Shown: positions 47,311-59,868, numbered from the whole stretch's first letter. The stretch: 63,991 nucleotides of DNA, filler included, from Licmophora abbreviata (GCA_900291995.1; 40 parts of 40 records of this genome joined end to end with filler, not necessarily neighbours in it), one strand, 5' to 3'. Made by a program: numbers and translations. Notes: generated by a model from the sequence alone, not told the origin.

Positions 47311-48435
47311 GGCCTTCTTCCTTTGGTATAGTAGGAAAGGTGATAGAATCCTGGTAGTCTTGACCCAAATGGAAGTGCCCACTGAACCACGCTTTAATGC
47401 ACCGGTGCTCTCGCACCAGCTCGATAAACTTTCGGCACTGCTTGTCGTCGCTGTGATTGAGCCAGCAGCAGCCATTCACAACGTGATTCTCCTGCAGCAC
47501 ACGTAGGCCGCTTCCGTTCGGCGGTGCGTGCGAAAAGACAAATAGCTTCCAATGCTCAGAGGCTGGATGATCGATACAGAGCTGCTCAAACCAGTCAATC
47601 TGCTCCTGGTCGATAATCACCTCGTGCGAGGTATAGCGTGCTCCTCGAAAGACGGTCGAGCAGAGACCCACAAGCAAGGTCTTTTCTGCGATTTGGCGTA
47701 CAAACTGCGGTGTAGGCTTGTTGTGCTTTTCTAGAAAGACTTTGAGATTGTCTGCGTCCGTCATGAACTCGTCAATGCCTTCCAAATCGTGATTGCCTGT
47801 AAAAGAAGAAGCAGAGAATTTCTATTTGTGAGGACGGTGACCTCACGGAAGCGACACAGAGAACAAAAAAAAAGGTGAAGTCTATCAAACTCACCTCCAA
47901 TCACCTCGTAAGGAACTCCGAAACTACCCAAGTACTCTGCCGCCAATTCGTGGCACTGCGTCGTGCCGGCGAACAGTTCAGTCGTCAACAGTGGATTGTG
48001 GTCACAGTTCTTGGATTCTCCCAAATCTCCAAGAGACACCAAAGCCACGTTGCCGTGCTTGTCCTTGGCCTCTTGTATAAGCGGTTTCCATTGCTCTCTG
48101 CCAATTTCGTAGTCCTCCATTTTACGGGGATCAATGTGCAAATCCCCCAGAATTCCGACTCGAAAGGCGGTCGGATCGTCCACCAGAGCCTCAAGATCGT
48201 TGAACAAACCCTTTGACCAGTCACTGAACTCCTCGTCATCGACCGAATTATATAAAGGACGACGTGGAGTGGAAATCGGTCTCGGTTGTCCACCATAGTG
48301 AAAGGCAGGAGGGCGTATCATCGCACCATGATAGTGAAGGCTATTCTTTGTACTTTTCAAATGAAAGCCGCCCGCCGTCAACGGAAGCCCAGTCGTCAAA
48401 ATTGCGACTAAATGGGCTGGAACATTTGATTTCAT
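47311..48435 (-). CDS. Calcineurin-like metallophosphoesterase with signal/plastid-type presequence, intron 47797-47894, 3' truncated
   Basis: GDLH, LGDL, GGNHD (spliced), FSHAP, SGHFH. Confidence 0.88.
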
Positions 48436-48879
48436 TGTGGAAAAAGCGACGTAATGGATCGCCGATGAGCAGGGGATCGAAGATTCAAGTCAATCGAAGA
48501 CAGTGGTTGCGCTACGTCGTTGACGCCGACTATTATATTGTGTTGAAGTGAATCTAGGGCACGCAGGTCCTACGTAATCACCTTTTCTGGCCGTCAGCCG
48601 GAATACAAAACTCTGCCGTAGGTTTTGTACTGGAATCGGTCGCATCACTGACGCTGGAAGAAGCTTTTTCAGAGAGCCGTAAACGCCTCCAATCCCATTA
48701 TCCCGCGATCCCATTCAGCAGAGCCATCATTGAAGCTACTAACAAGAGGCATGCCAAATGGGATCGCGGGACTCATAAANNNNNNNNNNNNNNNNNNNNN
48801 NNNNNNNNNNNNNNNNNNNNNNNTTAATTAATTAANNNNNNNNNNNNNNNNNNNNNNNNNNNNNNNNNNNNNNNNNNNN

Positions 48880-50243
48880 ACCCCACCCCAGCCCCCACCA
48901 AGAACCCCACACCCGGCGCAACCCCGGCACCCACCAAGAACCCTACCCCGGCGCCCACCAAGAATCCCACACCACTCCCAGCAACGCCAGATCCCACCCC
49001 GGCTCCCGTTATTTCTGCCACCCCAGCTCCCGTCAAGCCTCCCACCGTTCCTCCGACCTTGCCTCCGACAGGCGTTGTCATTCCCAACCCGGACGGTCCT
49101 AATGGTTGCTGGGAAAGTACTTCGTTGCTAACGCTCAAAGATGTGGAGCTGATCATTGGTGAAGAATTGGATGTCAGTGTAACACGCATCTATGAAATTT
49201 GTCCAGGTTCCACCATTTTCATTGGAACACTCACGTTCGATGGAGGGATTTTTGGAAATCTTCCCGTCCTTGCGGGGGGCGACCTCCCCTTGCTCGCTCT
49301 CAACCCCAACATGCACATTCGATGCGGCTCTTCGGGAAAGAGCTCCGATGCGTGTACCTTTCGTGGAGGATCCGAGCAAATTGTCTCCCAGCAAGATAGG
49401 TCGCTCATTGACTTCGCGTTTCCTTTTCTCGGACCGCTTTTCGGTGTAAACCTTCCGCCGATTCCAGATGATTACTTGCCTGATTCATCGAATTTGATTA
49501 TAGAAGGCATGACTTTCGCAAAGTCGTCCGATACGATTGGCGATGGCGTCGAGCACGCGCCTGTGAATTTGCCTGGGCCCGGTCAAAACATGTTGATCAA
49601 AGACTGCGTCTTCATCAGGAACGAGCTCGTCGGTGGGGCTAGCGCATACAGTGCAATCACTATGAAGCGCTATGCCAGTGTGCAGACGACCAGCAACCCC
49701 TACAGCAGCCTCACCGTAGTGGATTCACTGTTCAGGGTACGCGATTGGTCGAGACGAATAAATTGTGGACATGGATGTCGCGACCTCACGTTTCGTTCTA
49801 TTTTTCCTTTGTGTGTTTTATAGGAAAATACCGTCACGAATGGCGTCATTACCACTTCGGTTGATGAAGGCACCGAAAGTCAGAACAACAATCCAAACCG
49901 AATCGAGCTCAACGTCTTCGACTGCGTTTTCTTCGACAACGAGGTTTTGGGTCCAGCCAAGAATCTTGCCGTGATTAGTGCAGACATTCACACCAAACTT
50001 ACAGTAGAGGGCTCCTGCTTCATCGACAATACCATCGCCTCAAGCGGCTCGCTTGTGGAAGCGGCGGTCGTGTCGAGCAAGGACGGCATTCTGAACGTAG
50101 ATGAATTGTATGGCTCCGGCAACTCCATTCCGGGGACTGCGACCTGTGATGACATTGCCTTTTACGAGGTGAATGCTGGTTTCAACATCCGGAAGGCAAG
50201 GACGGAATGTACGGCATTCAACGGCGCGACGTGTCCGGCCTAA
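48880..50243 (+). CDS. Extracellular protein with PT-rich repeats and beta-helix-like domain, intron 49737-49822
   Basis: PTPAPTKN repeats; F..N periodicity; GTACGC...ATAG intron. Confidence 0.65.
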
Positions 50244-50446
50244 GCAGACTCGCTTCGCTCACTGGCGTGTGTGCCGTGTTTCGCTAGAAGTGCGACAGAC
50301 GGCTACACGGAATCGATTTAGAACCTAAATGGTGCGTAGAAATATANNNNNNNNNNNNNNNNNNNNNNNNNNNNNNNNNNNNNNNNNNNNTTAATTAATT
50401 AANNNNNNNNNNNNNNNNNNNNNNNNNNNNNNNNNNNNNNNNNNNN

Positions 50447-51909
50447 GGAAAGAAATTCCGGAAGGTAAAAAAACTCTGGGATGAGCTCGCGCACATCCTG
50501 AACATTCTCCGAGCTTGCACTTCGCCAACTGCTTCCAATGTTGTGAAATAGACGGTCCGCGACGTCAAAGTGTCCACCTTGCAGTGTCATCGCCATGCGT
50601 GAGAAAGGCTCCAGTCTCATGAGATAGTACAATACGTACGCCGCGCATGAGTAGTGGGTCCCGTAGTGGAACGGAGGCACCCCATCGCCGTGTTCATAGC
50701 TTTCTTCTAGAGCTTCATATCTGTCCCGAAATGACTGCGAGCGGGGTTCACTTTGAGCGCCCATCGACTTCGAAAGATCACGGTATGTTTCTGGGACGTC
50801 AAGATCTATTTCTTCGCTTTCATAATCTGCAATCACCCACGGCAAGACTGGGTACTGCGTTAGGTCGTTGAACGTTCGTCCAGCAAACGAGTTCAAATGC
50901 ATCAAGAAGTCGAAGTTTGTCATCTTTCCGTTGACCCACTGAGTAACAATCTTCGTCTTCCAGGCGGTCATAAACTTCTTGTAATTGATGGAGGACCCAT
51001 ATGACAAAAAGTCGTTGAAAATGCTATTTGGTAACGGAGAACTCAGAATCTTGGTGAGAATCTCTTCTCTTTCAGCGTGACTGGCAAAGGCTACAAGTGT
51101 TCCACTGCGATGAACATCAAAAATTTCCAGTCCGTTTTGCTGCAGCTCATAGCGTCGTCGGAATACCGAGTACAAGTCACTAAATGAGACACGTTGACTT
51201 CGATGCTGGTATGTGACCTCTTGGGAGGCATCCTGATCCGCGGAATCCTTGGGTTTGGTATTTGCCGAGGTGCCCTTGGCGTTTGCGGCCTCGGGCACAT
51301 CACCGTTCTTCGATCTGAGATTCACTGAAAACGTGGATTGTTCTTTCTCGACACGCTTGATCTTTCCTTCGAGCCCATCGCCGTCTGTCTGCTCAAACCC
51401 GTCAATGATGTAGATGGCACTATGACACCAGAGAAGCAATGCCTTGCGGACCTCCAATCCCGTGCATCTACGAACATTATATGATTTTTCCGGCCAGTCG
51501 CCTGCTTGAAGCAGGCCAGTGATAAGATCGTAGCTGGAGGCATCGACACCGTCTTGCGCTACCGCGTCTTCGTCGGCGTCTCCATCTTTTGACTCCTCTC
51601 CCTTCTCTCCAGCACCGTGTTCGCCTTGAGACACAAGTGGTTCATCTTCATTGATAGGCACAGAACCATTTTTCTCGAGGTCACCGGCACGCCCCGGCAT
51701 GTCAATTTCTTTCGACTCGCCGAACTCGCTTTCGCTGAGACTTTCGTATAAAGTGAGGTTGCTGGTCGATTCTGTGTCGTTTTCGTCGTATCCATCAAGC
51801 CCGTCCATGTCATCGTAGTAGTCGTCGTCCCGACGTCGATTCGCTCTTTGGAGATTGAGCTCCTTCAGGAGCGCAGTCGTCGCTTCAAGGGAGTCTGCGG
51901 GGGCCAAGA
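50447..51909 (-). CDS. BEACH-domain protein (PH-BEACH fragment)
   Basis: W..GKMTNFDFLM.LN..AGRTFNDLTQYPV.PWV, HYGTHYS, DVRELIPEFFYLPEF. Confidence 0.96.
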
Positions 51910-52009
51910 NNNNNNNNNNNNNNNNNNNNNNNNNNNNNNNNNNNNNNNNNNNNTTAATTAATTAANNNNNNNNNNNNNNNNNNNNNNNNNNNNNNNNNNN
52001 NNNNNNNNN

Positions 52010-52762
52010 AAGAAACATGGCGTTCATGTTGGTGACTTTCTCAACGTTCCAACCAGAAATATCGTGATTGAAAAAGGAGCCAAAAAACATGACGCTCATG
52101 TCAGTGACTCTCCCAACGTTCCAACCAGAAATATCTTGATTGAAAATGGAGCCAAAAAACATGTTACTCATGCTGGTGACGTTCTCAACGTTCCAACCAG
52201 TAATATCTATATCGAAAGAGGCACCAGAAAACATGTAACTCATGTCGGTGACTTTCCCAACGTTCCAACCAGAAATATCTTCACTGAAAGCGGAGCTAGA
52301 AAAAAGCCCTTCAAGACTCATGGTGTCAAAGCACCAATCCTTGATGGGACCGTAGGTTTCTTCGGCTTCGGCAGTAGGGAATGAAGAAACTTCAAAGGCC
52401 GCATCAACAGCATCGCGATCCGGAAAGCAAGGAGGAGGGCAAGCCTCGGGGGTAACTTGGTTTCCCCCAGCAATTGGATTGACGTCGGTGCAGCACAGGA
52501 ACTCATACGTCGTTGCGGGAGTAATGGTGAAGCCAGTGACGTCCTCATTGACGGTACAAGTGTCGCTGCAGACCATGGCTGGGCTCCTTGCGGAGGGATA
52601 CAATCCGCCTGGACAAGCAACGTCAAGATTGACGGTTGCGTCGTCGTTGGAGCCGCTCTTGATGCAGCAGATGGCTTCAATCGAGCGCATCAACAAGAAA
52701 GAACCCGTGAGGCACGCAAGGGGGAAATTGCGGAGCTTGTTCTTGTTCATGGTGAGTTTCAT
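52010..52762 (-). CDS. Secreted protein with DUF285/BspA-like 25-aa repeats, 3' truncated
   Basis: YGPIKDW; tandem FN.DISGWNV..VTDMS.MF encoded by 75-bp repeats; signal peptide and Cys-rich N-terminus. Confidence 0.88.
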
Positions 52763-54103
52763 GGTTCTTGTTGTTGTTGTTGTTTTCCGCAGACGGCAAT
52801 GAAACAAATGAAACAAACGAGCAATAATGATGGCAACAGGAAACGTGAAGGTTGTTCACGAGTCCACCAACTTCACTTCGCGTTCAATCGCACTGCGACA
52901 CATGAATGGAGTGAGTCACGAGTATCGTGACGTCAAGAATATTTGTAAAGCCGGGTTATATTTTCCGACGTAACGATACACGATACGATATTCGTGACTA
53001 CATGAGATCCGGAAGCTATGTGATCTCGAGTACCAAGTAGACTCTAATGAAGCAATTTTACATTTTACGCAGTCACCCTTATGTTTTAGTGACTAACCTA
53101 CCAAGTAGGATGCATGGATGGTCCCCGATGCATAAAATGGGTCACAAGACGGGCGAACTGTGCCCACAACCTTGCGGCCGGTGCGTCTCGCCACAAATTT
53201 GCTTGCTTCTCGAAGCAATTTGGGACTGCATTGCATCTACTAGCTAGTAGCTACCTACTGGTACTAGTGTGCTCCTTATGAGCAACGATTTCAGTGAAGC
53301 CGACGTTTCTGGCAACGTTTTTTTCCTGGAGAGGACGAAGAGTTGACCTCATTCAGCACGACTTAGAGCTTGATCCCGGTCTCTTCGAGACGGAGGATGA
53401 CGCACTCCGAAGAGAATACCTTGCCTCAGGCAACTACACTGAGTCAAGGGCTGCCACCAGGTGGAACCNNNNNNNNNNNNNNNNNNNNNNNNNNNNNNNN
53501 NNNNNNNNNNNNTTAATTAATTAANNNNNNNNNNNNNNNNNNNNNNNNNNNNNNNNNNNNNNNNNNNNTTCGAAACTTCAAACTGTTGGTGGATGGTATA
53601 CTACGACTACACATTTCGAAACGAACTCAATTTCCGGATTTCAACCTTTTGAAGCCCATTCACAGTAAGTGCGATCACACTATGGAGAGAATCTGACAGA
53701 CAATCGATGAAATTAGGGCTCGAACGAGAATCGAAATTCCGATTCAAGAATGGATCCGGGCGATACACAGACCGAGCCTCTGTCCCGTACTTGTGACTAT
53801 CATATAACTATCGTAATAACTACAGACATCCCAATTTTTCTATAATGTACGAGCATGTACACCATATAAGAACTGCAACTACAGCGCATAAGGTCACATA
53901 AATGAGGAATTACCTAAGTGGCTGTTTACTTTGTTAAGACCTTACATACTTACAATATCGAGGAATCAGGAACTCAAATATTCAAATAGTCGCTCTCAAA
54001 TACCGGACCAGAACGAGCGACGAGTGGCCGCCACGATGGCTAAGCATTGTGATTGATCGGTCGCTGCCCTTTTCTCGTTTCGACAGCGCCGGTTCCGTCC
54101 ATC

Positions 54104-55027
54104 ATGTCATCGTCTCATTACAACAAACCATCTCGCAGTAGTGGCATGGCAGAAGAAGGGGAAATTGATCAAGAAGAAGGGGAAATTACGTCTCCCAAAA
54201 GCGGCCTGGCGACAAACAGCGGTGCTGGTGCACCGACCGCCGTTCGACCACCCGGTCCGAATGTTCCTGCTCCTAACGCTCCTCCTCCCGCTTTGAATAT
54301 CAATAATCCAGCCAGTGCTGCGGGTCGTCCTCATTTTGGGGCACCCCCGCCTCGTCGTGGTGGAGGTGGCATCCCTCCGTTCTTACAGCGCACTGTGAGT
54401 ACCGGAGGCGGTCATCATCACGATCCACCACCCCCGCCACCTCCTCTTCCGCCACATCGAGGTGGATTTCGAGGAGGCCGTGGCTTCGGCGGTGGCGTTG
54501 GTGGTCGTGGTGGAGGTCGAGGCGGTGGGCGTGGACCACCCATGCGAAGCCAGAGCTGGACCGCTGCGGGACCAAATAACATGCTCAACAGCGCTATGGA
54601 TGGTCCACCACCACCTCCTCCTCCTCATGCGGTTCGCAGTGCTAGCTTTTCATCGCCTTCTATGGTGCGCAATTCGAGTTTTGGAGGTCGCGGTGGTGCT
54701 ATTGCGAATGAGCCGCCACCGAGGGATCATGGCGGTGGAGGAGGCCCACCGATGATGAATCGACCGCCGCATCTTCCGTTTGGTGGTAGAGGTGGTGGAC
54801 GAACTGATGCCTTCGGACGGACCGTACGGCCGGATGGGAGTGCGGGTCCTGGCCCGGGACACAGTAATCTGAGTCCCTCCGAGCGACCGCCGCCTTTTGC
54901 CCGGTCGGACAGCGGAAGCTTTGGAAGGGGCGGTATGGTGGGACATCGAGGCGCCAGTCCATCGGATGGTCGACCGCCGTATGGACGATCAGAGAGCTTT
55001 GGGCGTCTAGGAGGGGGTTTTCGAGGA
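54104..55027 (+). CDS. Gly/Pro/Arg-rich (RGG) low-complexity protein N-terminus
   Basis: EEGEI twice, RGG boxes, poly-Pro; long open frame. Confidence 0.6.
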
Positions 55028-55127
55028 NNNNNNNNNNNNNNNNNNNNNNNNNNNNNNNNNNNNNNNNNNNNTTAATTAATTAANNNNNNNNNNNNNNNNN
55101 NNNNNNNNNNNNNNNNNNNNNNNNNNN

Positions 55128-55624
55128 GCTGTTTGCCTTTCATCAGAAGAGTTGGCCACCACCGTGATGGGGAAGCGTGTGACTCGGTGAAAGACCTGAA
55201 TCACTCCCGCGTCTTCGGCTCCCGGTGCTCTGCAATGCTGAATCATTGCTAGAGGGATATCGTGTGCCGACGCGGCTACCACTCTTGCCGCTAGTGCCTG
55301 AGGGTTGAAACGCGACGGCCCTAGTACGGGTGCATGAAAGTCCCTTTCCACTTCGGCGTACTCGCCGCCGTGTGGGTCATTCTGCCCCGAGCGAAAGAAT
55401 TCCTGATACGTGCGTACCGCCGCCGGCGGATGGGGCACAGCGACTCCCGCCAGGCCGCCCGGACCTACCGGTCCCACAGGAGGTCCCTCCGGTGCGACAG
55501 GTTCAGCCGGGGTTACATCATGGGGTGGATGACCTGGATGTGGCCCAACCGGATGGACTGGTGGTGGCATTCCTGCCACATGAGCGCCAGCGACTGCGTC
55601 TGGCGCGACTGGATCGTCTGCCAT
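55128..55624 (-). mobile_element. Probable gag N-terminus of a DIRS-order element
   Basis: Pro-rich leader, TYQEFF....DP..GEYA, VFHRVTRFP; adjacent to the YR gene. Confidence 0.5.
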
Positions 55625-55712
55625 CTGAGCTAACAGAGGGAAGACTCTTCTGATGAAAGGCAAACAGCGACGCAAGGTTTCCTGCGGCCACACGACAGAT
55701 TAAAACTACCGT

Positions 55713-56521
55713 GTGATCGAGCTGTTTTCCAGTTTTTACAAGAAGCAAGACCCGCCTCCTGACCGCGTAAAACCGGTCCCTATCATGGTGCTTCGATGGG
55801 TGTTGCACTCGGCAGCGCATTCGCACCGTCCCAGCACGGTCGCGATCGCTGACATGATTGCACTCGCCTTCTTCTTCTTGCTGCGCCCCGGCGAGTACAC
55901 CGCCACACCGTCTGACACGACTCCGTTCCGCCTCGCCGACGTCCGTCTGTCCGCCAGCGGTACGTACTTGGACCTCTTCCACGCCACAGAGGCCCAACTC
56001 GACGCCGCAACATTCGTGTCCCTCACCTTCACCACCCAGAAAAACGGGGTCCGTGGTGAAGTCATTGGCCTGGGCCGATCCGGCAACCCCCTTCTCTGCC
56101 CAGTCCAAGCTACTATTAGCCGAGTGAAGCACCTGCGCTCCTTCGGCGCCCTCCCCGATACTCCACTCTCTGTGTACTTCGAAAATGGCCAGTGGCGGCG
56201 CGCGTCGCACCATCCGACATTACTCACCTGCTGCGCAACGCCGTCCTGGCCCTTGGCCCTGCCAATTTGGGGTTCAATCCCTCCGACATTACCGCTCGAT
56301 GTCTTTGAGCTGCCGGAGCCATGGCCCTTCTTTGCGCCAAGGTTGACACCGACATAATACGGCTCTTGGGCAGGTGGCGCTCCGACGAAATGCTCAGATA
56401 CCTCCATCTACAAGCGGAGCCAATCATGCGCCATTTCGCCCGGGACATGCTCCGTGGGGGCACCTTCACATTACACCCCAACGCCGATGTCCCGCAAGCA
56501 CCACCCGCTCTCCAGCCGTGA
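55713..56521 (+). pseudogene. DIRS-order tyrosine recombinase, 5' truncated, frameshift near 56200
   Basis: DPPP.RVKP.P, FFFLLRPGEY, TQKNG, LCPV, then second frame ARCLRAAGAMALL...IRLLGRWRSDEMLRYLH. Confidence 0.88.
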
Positions 56522-56682
56522 CCCCACCCACCCACCCAATGCACGCTGGCCTATACACCGCGTGTATGGTGGTGGCGCTGGCNNNNNNNNNNNNNNNNNN
56601 NNNNNNNNNNNNNNNNNNNNNNNNNNTTAATTAATTAANNNNNNNNNNNNNNNNNNNNNNNNNNNNNNNNNNNNNNNNNNNN

Positions 56683-58070
56683 CCTTCGGTGTTGAGTAAA
56701 AGGTTGCGTCGTTGGAGAGAAGTCCTTCGAGGACGGCCTTCAACTGAAAAAGGCCAATGCCGAAACGCAGCGCGAAGTACCCTGGAATAAACACCAGTCG
56801 GCCCAGCCGTTGCCAAAAGGTTTTGTAGTGACCATTGCTACCTGACACCTTGGTAAACGTGGCGAAGATGGCCTCCAGCGTAGAGGCGAATGTGCCCAAG
56901 ATGGACCCAGCCGCGCAGTACCAGCGCGGCCCGCGTACGGATACGCCAGCAGCAACACCAACATGACGATACTCTGAATTGGCGCCACTAGGTGGATCAG
57001 CATTTCAAATTTCACGCCGAACTTGATATTCGGGTACAGAGCAATGTCCCAAAAGTGGAAACGGAAACACTGCATGTAACCTTTGGTCCAACGGTGCTTC
57101 TGCTGAAGTTGAGCAAGCAAGGTGCCCGGCACTTCTAGAAGCTGAGGAGAGTGACGAGAGTACACTAGGTCGTATCCCTTGAGGTGGCTCAGATACGAAA
57201 GATGAAGGTCTTCCGTGACGGTGGCCCAAGTGAATCCACCGCCGTCTTGGACAGTCTGCTTGCGCCACACGCCGCCAGTTCCGTTGAAGCCAAACACCCT
57301 GTTGCGGGTGGATCGTCCAATTTGCTGCGTCATGTGAAAGATGTCGAGGGTCATGGCATCTAAGGACAAGCAAGGACGGTAGAAACAAGGCGACACAAAT
57401 TTGGGTGAGTGAAAGTTCTAGTAGCGGTATATACGGCACCTCGTCTTGTCAACAGACACTTACCACACTGAGTGACAATGTTCTGGTGCGTGTTGTAGAA
57501 GCCCCAGGGGAGCTGAACAAGTCCGACCTTCTCTCGAGGCTTTCCGTCGCTGTCAAAGAAGTAAGGAATGGTGCTATTGAGGAAATCGGGCTCTGCTCGC
57601 TGGTCGCCATCGAAGTACGCTACGAAGTCGCCCACGACACTGTCAAAATGGTATCGCAAGTTTCCAGCCTTGTAGCCAATCCTGTTTGGCCGACAGAGAC
57701 GTTGAACATCAACGCCCTTCTTCTTCCAGATCGCCACAGTCTTCTCTACTGTGCTGATAGTATCTTGCTCCGTCGAATCGTCCAAAACCTGGACATGGAG
57801 CTTCTCTTTGGGCCAGTCGATGCAGCAGGCGTGAGCGATCGTCACTGGCGCCACTTGGCCTTCATTGTACACACAGATCTGTACTGTGACGTGAGGTTCC
57901 TTCCCCTTCTTGATGGTTCCCGGCTTCTCGTCTCCAGAATGCTCAACGAGGGTATCCGTCCCGTACACTACACGAAAAGCAGTCCACAGATTTCGGAACC
58001 GCGAACACAAATACATCCACACCACGGCGTCGATGAAGGTCATAAAGACCCACACGAAGATCGACTCCAT
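56683..58070 (-). CDS. Processive GT2 (cellulose-synthase-like, CslA/C-type) glycosyltransferase, intron 57360-57463, apparent frame disruption near 56900-56940
   Basis: VQI.VYNE, LDDS, GYKAGNL, FDGD, FNGTGGVWR, TED, QKHRW. Confidence 0.85.
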
Positions 58071-58226
58071 CCTTACACAAACTCTGTTACGAAGACGATG
58101 ATAGCTTTGCCCTAGTCGGAGAGTGCNNNNNNNNNNNNNNNNNNNNNNNNNNNNNNNNNNNNNNNNNNNNTTAATTAATTAANNNNNNNNNNNNNNNNNN
58201 NNNNNNNNNNNNNNNNNNNNNNNNNN

Positions 58227-58970
58227 GCAGGCCTCGCCATTGATCGCCTGTTGCACCAGCGTCTGGTCCGCAAACCGCACAACGACATTGCCCGTGAGCG
58301 CCGCGATCGACGGATCCGCCCCGTCGATCTTGCCATCGGCCCGGATGGTCTCGATGCGGTCGAGATTGTTGGCATAGGTGATATCCGCCGAGACCACATT
58401 GCCGATATTGGCCCCGTTGCGCGTGATTGCGCCGTTGAAATGCCCAAACCGCTGCAGGGGGACTGGCGCTGGAACGCCCGCGGCACTCGCGGTATCAACC
58501 TCCTCGCCCTGCGCCACGATGTTGACCGTGGCGGTCAGCAATCCGGACCGTGTCATCTGCCAGCTCAGGCTATCCACCATGCAGCCGGCATACATCGCAT
58601 AGCGCGGCACTTCCGGCATGCCGGTCTCCAGGGAGAACGAGGGCAGCGCCCAGTTTCCTGAGGTGAACTCATGCGCATAGGACGCCTCGGCTCCCGTTGT
58701 CGTGGGAGTGCCAAATGCCGCCTTCAGCCAGAACCCAAACGCCTCTGCATCGATCGGCACAACCACATTGCCATCCGCCGTCACCGCATCCTTGATCGGC
58801 GCCTGCGGGTCCCGGCCATAGCCCAGTAATTCAGATGTCTGCAGCGGCTGCTCTGCGCCGAGCGTGGTGCTGGCGAAGGGGATTTTCGTATAGCCGGTCG
58901 CAGGCGGCGTGCCGTAACTCGTCTCAAACGCAAGCGCCATCTGCGCCCGCGCCCCTTGGGCTCGTGCCAT
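58227..58970 (-). CDS. Phage tail tube protein, N-terminal 248 aa
   Basis: MARAQGARAQMALAFET.YGTPP, LLGYGRDP, LPS.S.ETGMPEVP; abuts 26572 in frame. Confidence 0.88.
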
Positions 58971-59064
58971 CGAATTGGTTCCTCTTTCTTGGTTGCAGTG
59001 TCAGCAGGCTTGACGCAGGGAATGTTTCGGCTCATTCGCGATATGGAACCAAACCAACCTGAGT

Positions 59065-59460
59065 ATGCTCATGTTCGCAAAATCTACGCCGAAATCCGAA
59101 ACTGGAGCGCTCGATCAGCCTCCAAGCTCTGCTCCCGCAGATCGTCGACGCTCGGTACTGCATGATGGGATCACCATCATGGGCAACTGGGAAAGCGACG
59201 GCATCGTTGAGTTCGGCGGCACCATTACCGGCGATCTGACCGCTGATACGCTCGTCCTCACCGAAGACGGTATGATCCGGGGCAACGTCCGCGCCCGCAA
59301 TGTGACGATCTCTGGCACGCTTGACGGCACGATCGCCGCTGTGAACGTGACGCTCAAATCTAACGCGCGCGTCACAGCCACCATAGAGACCCAGAATTTG
59401 ACCATCGATCTTGGCGCGCAAGTCCAAGGCCACTTCAAAGCCGCCAAGGGTGGTCGCTAA
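59065..59460 (+). CDS. Bactofilin (polymer-forming cytoskeletal protein, CcmA/DUF583)
   Basis: SVL..GITI.G....G.V...G.I.GD....L.....G.I.GNV.A..VTI.G...G.I.A...L.I..GA...G beta-helix periodicity. Confidence 0.88.
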   Translation: MLMFAKSTPKSETGALDQPPSSAPADRRRSVLHDGITIMGNWESDGIVEFGGTITGDLTADTLVLTEDGMIRGNVRARNVTISGTLDGTIAAVNVTLKSNARVTATIETQNLTIDLGAQVQGHFKAAKGGR

Positions 59461-59670
59461 GCCAAGGGATCTACGGTGGCGAAGTGCAAGATCACCGGCA
59501 CCACGGCGGCCTTGAATGTGGCGCCACCTTCCACGGGAAGATCCACAGGTTCCGGGGCCTCAGCCTCGACCCAATCGCAGAGCCCGCCAAGCGTGCGGTC
59601 AGCCACGATGACCGCCCCGATCCAGGCGATTAGCTCCGCAAACCGTACATCCCGGGTCTTGGCATCCTGT
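59457..59670 (-). CDS. Phage tail completion/terminator-like protein C-terminus
   Basis: ADRTLGGLCDWVEAEAPEPVDLPVEG...KAAVVPVILHF...DPLA*; position upstream of the tail tube. Confidence 0.7.
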
Positions 59671-59868
59671 NNNNNNNNNNNNNNNNNNNNNNNNNNNNNN
59701 NNNNNNNNNNNNNNTTAATTAATTAANNNNNNNNNNNNNNNNNNNNNNNNNNNNNNNNNNNNNNNNNNNNTTTCTGTTGGATCAAGCATTGGAGAGAAAC
59801 AGTTTTGGACAAAAAGGACAAGCGAAATCATCTATGATTTCTATGTCACGGAGGAGGGCGACATTGAA

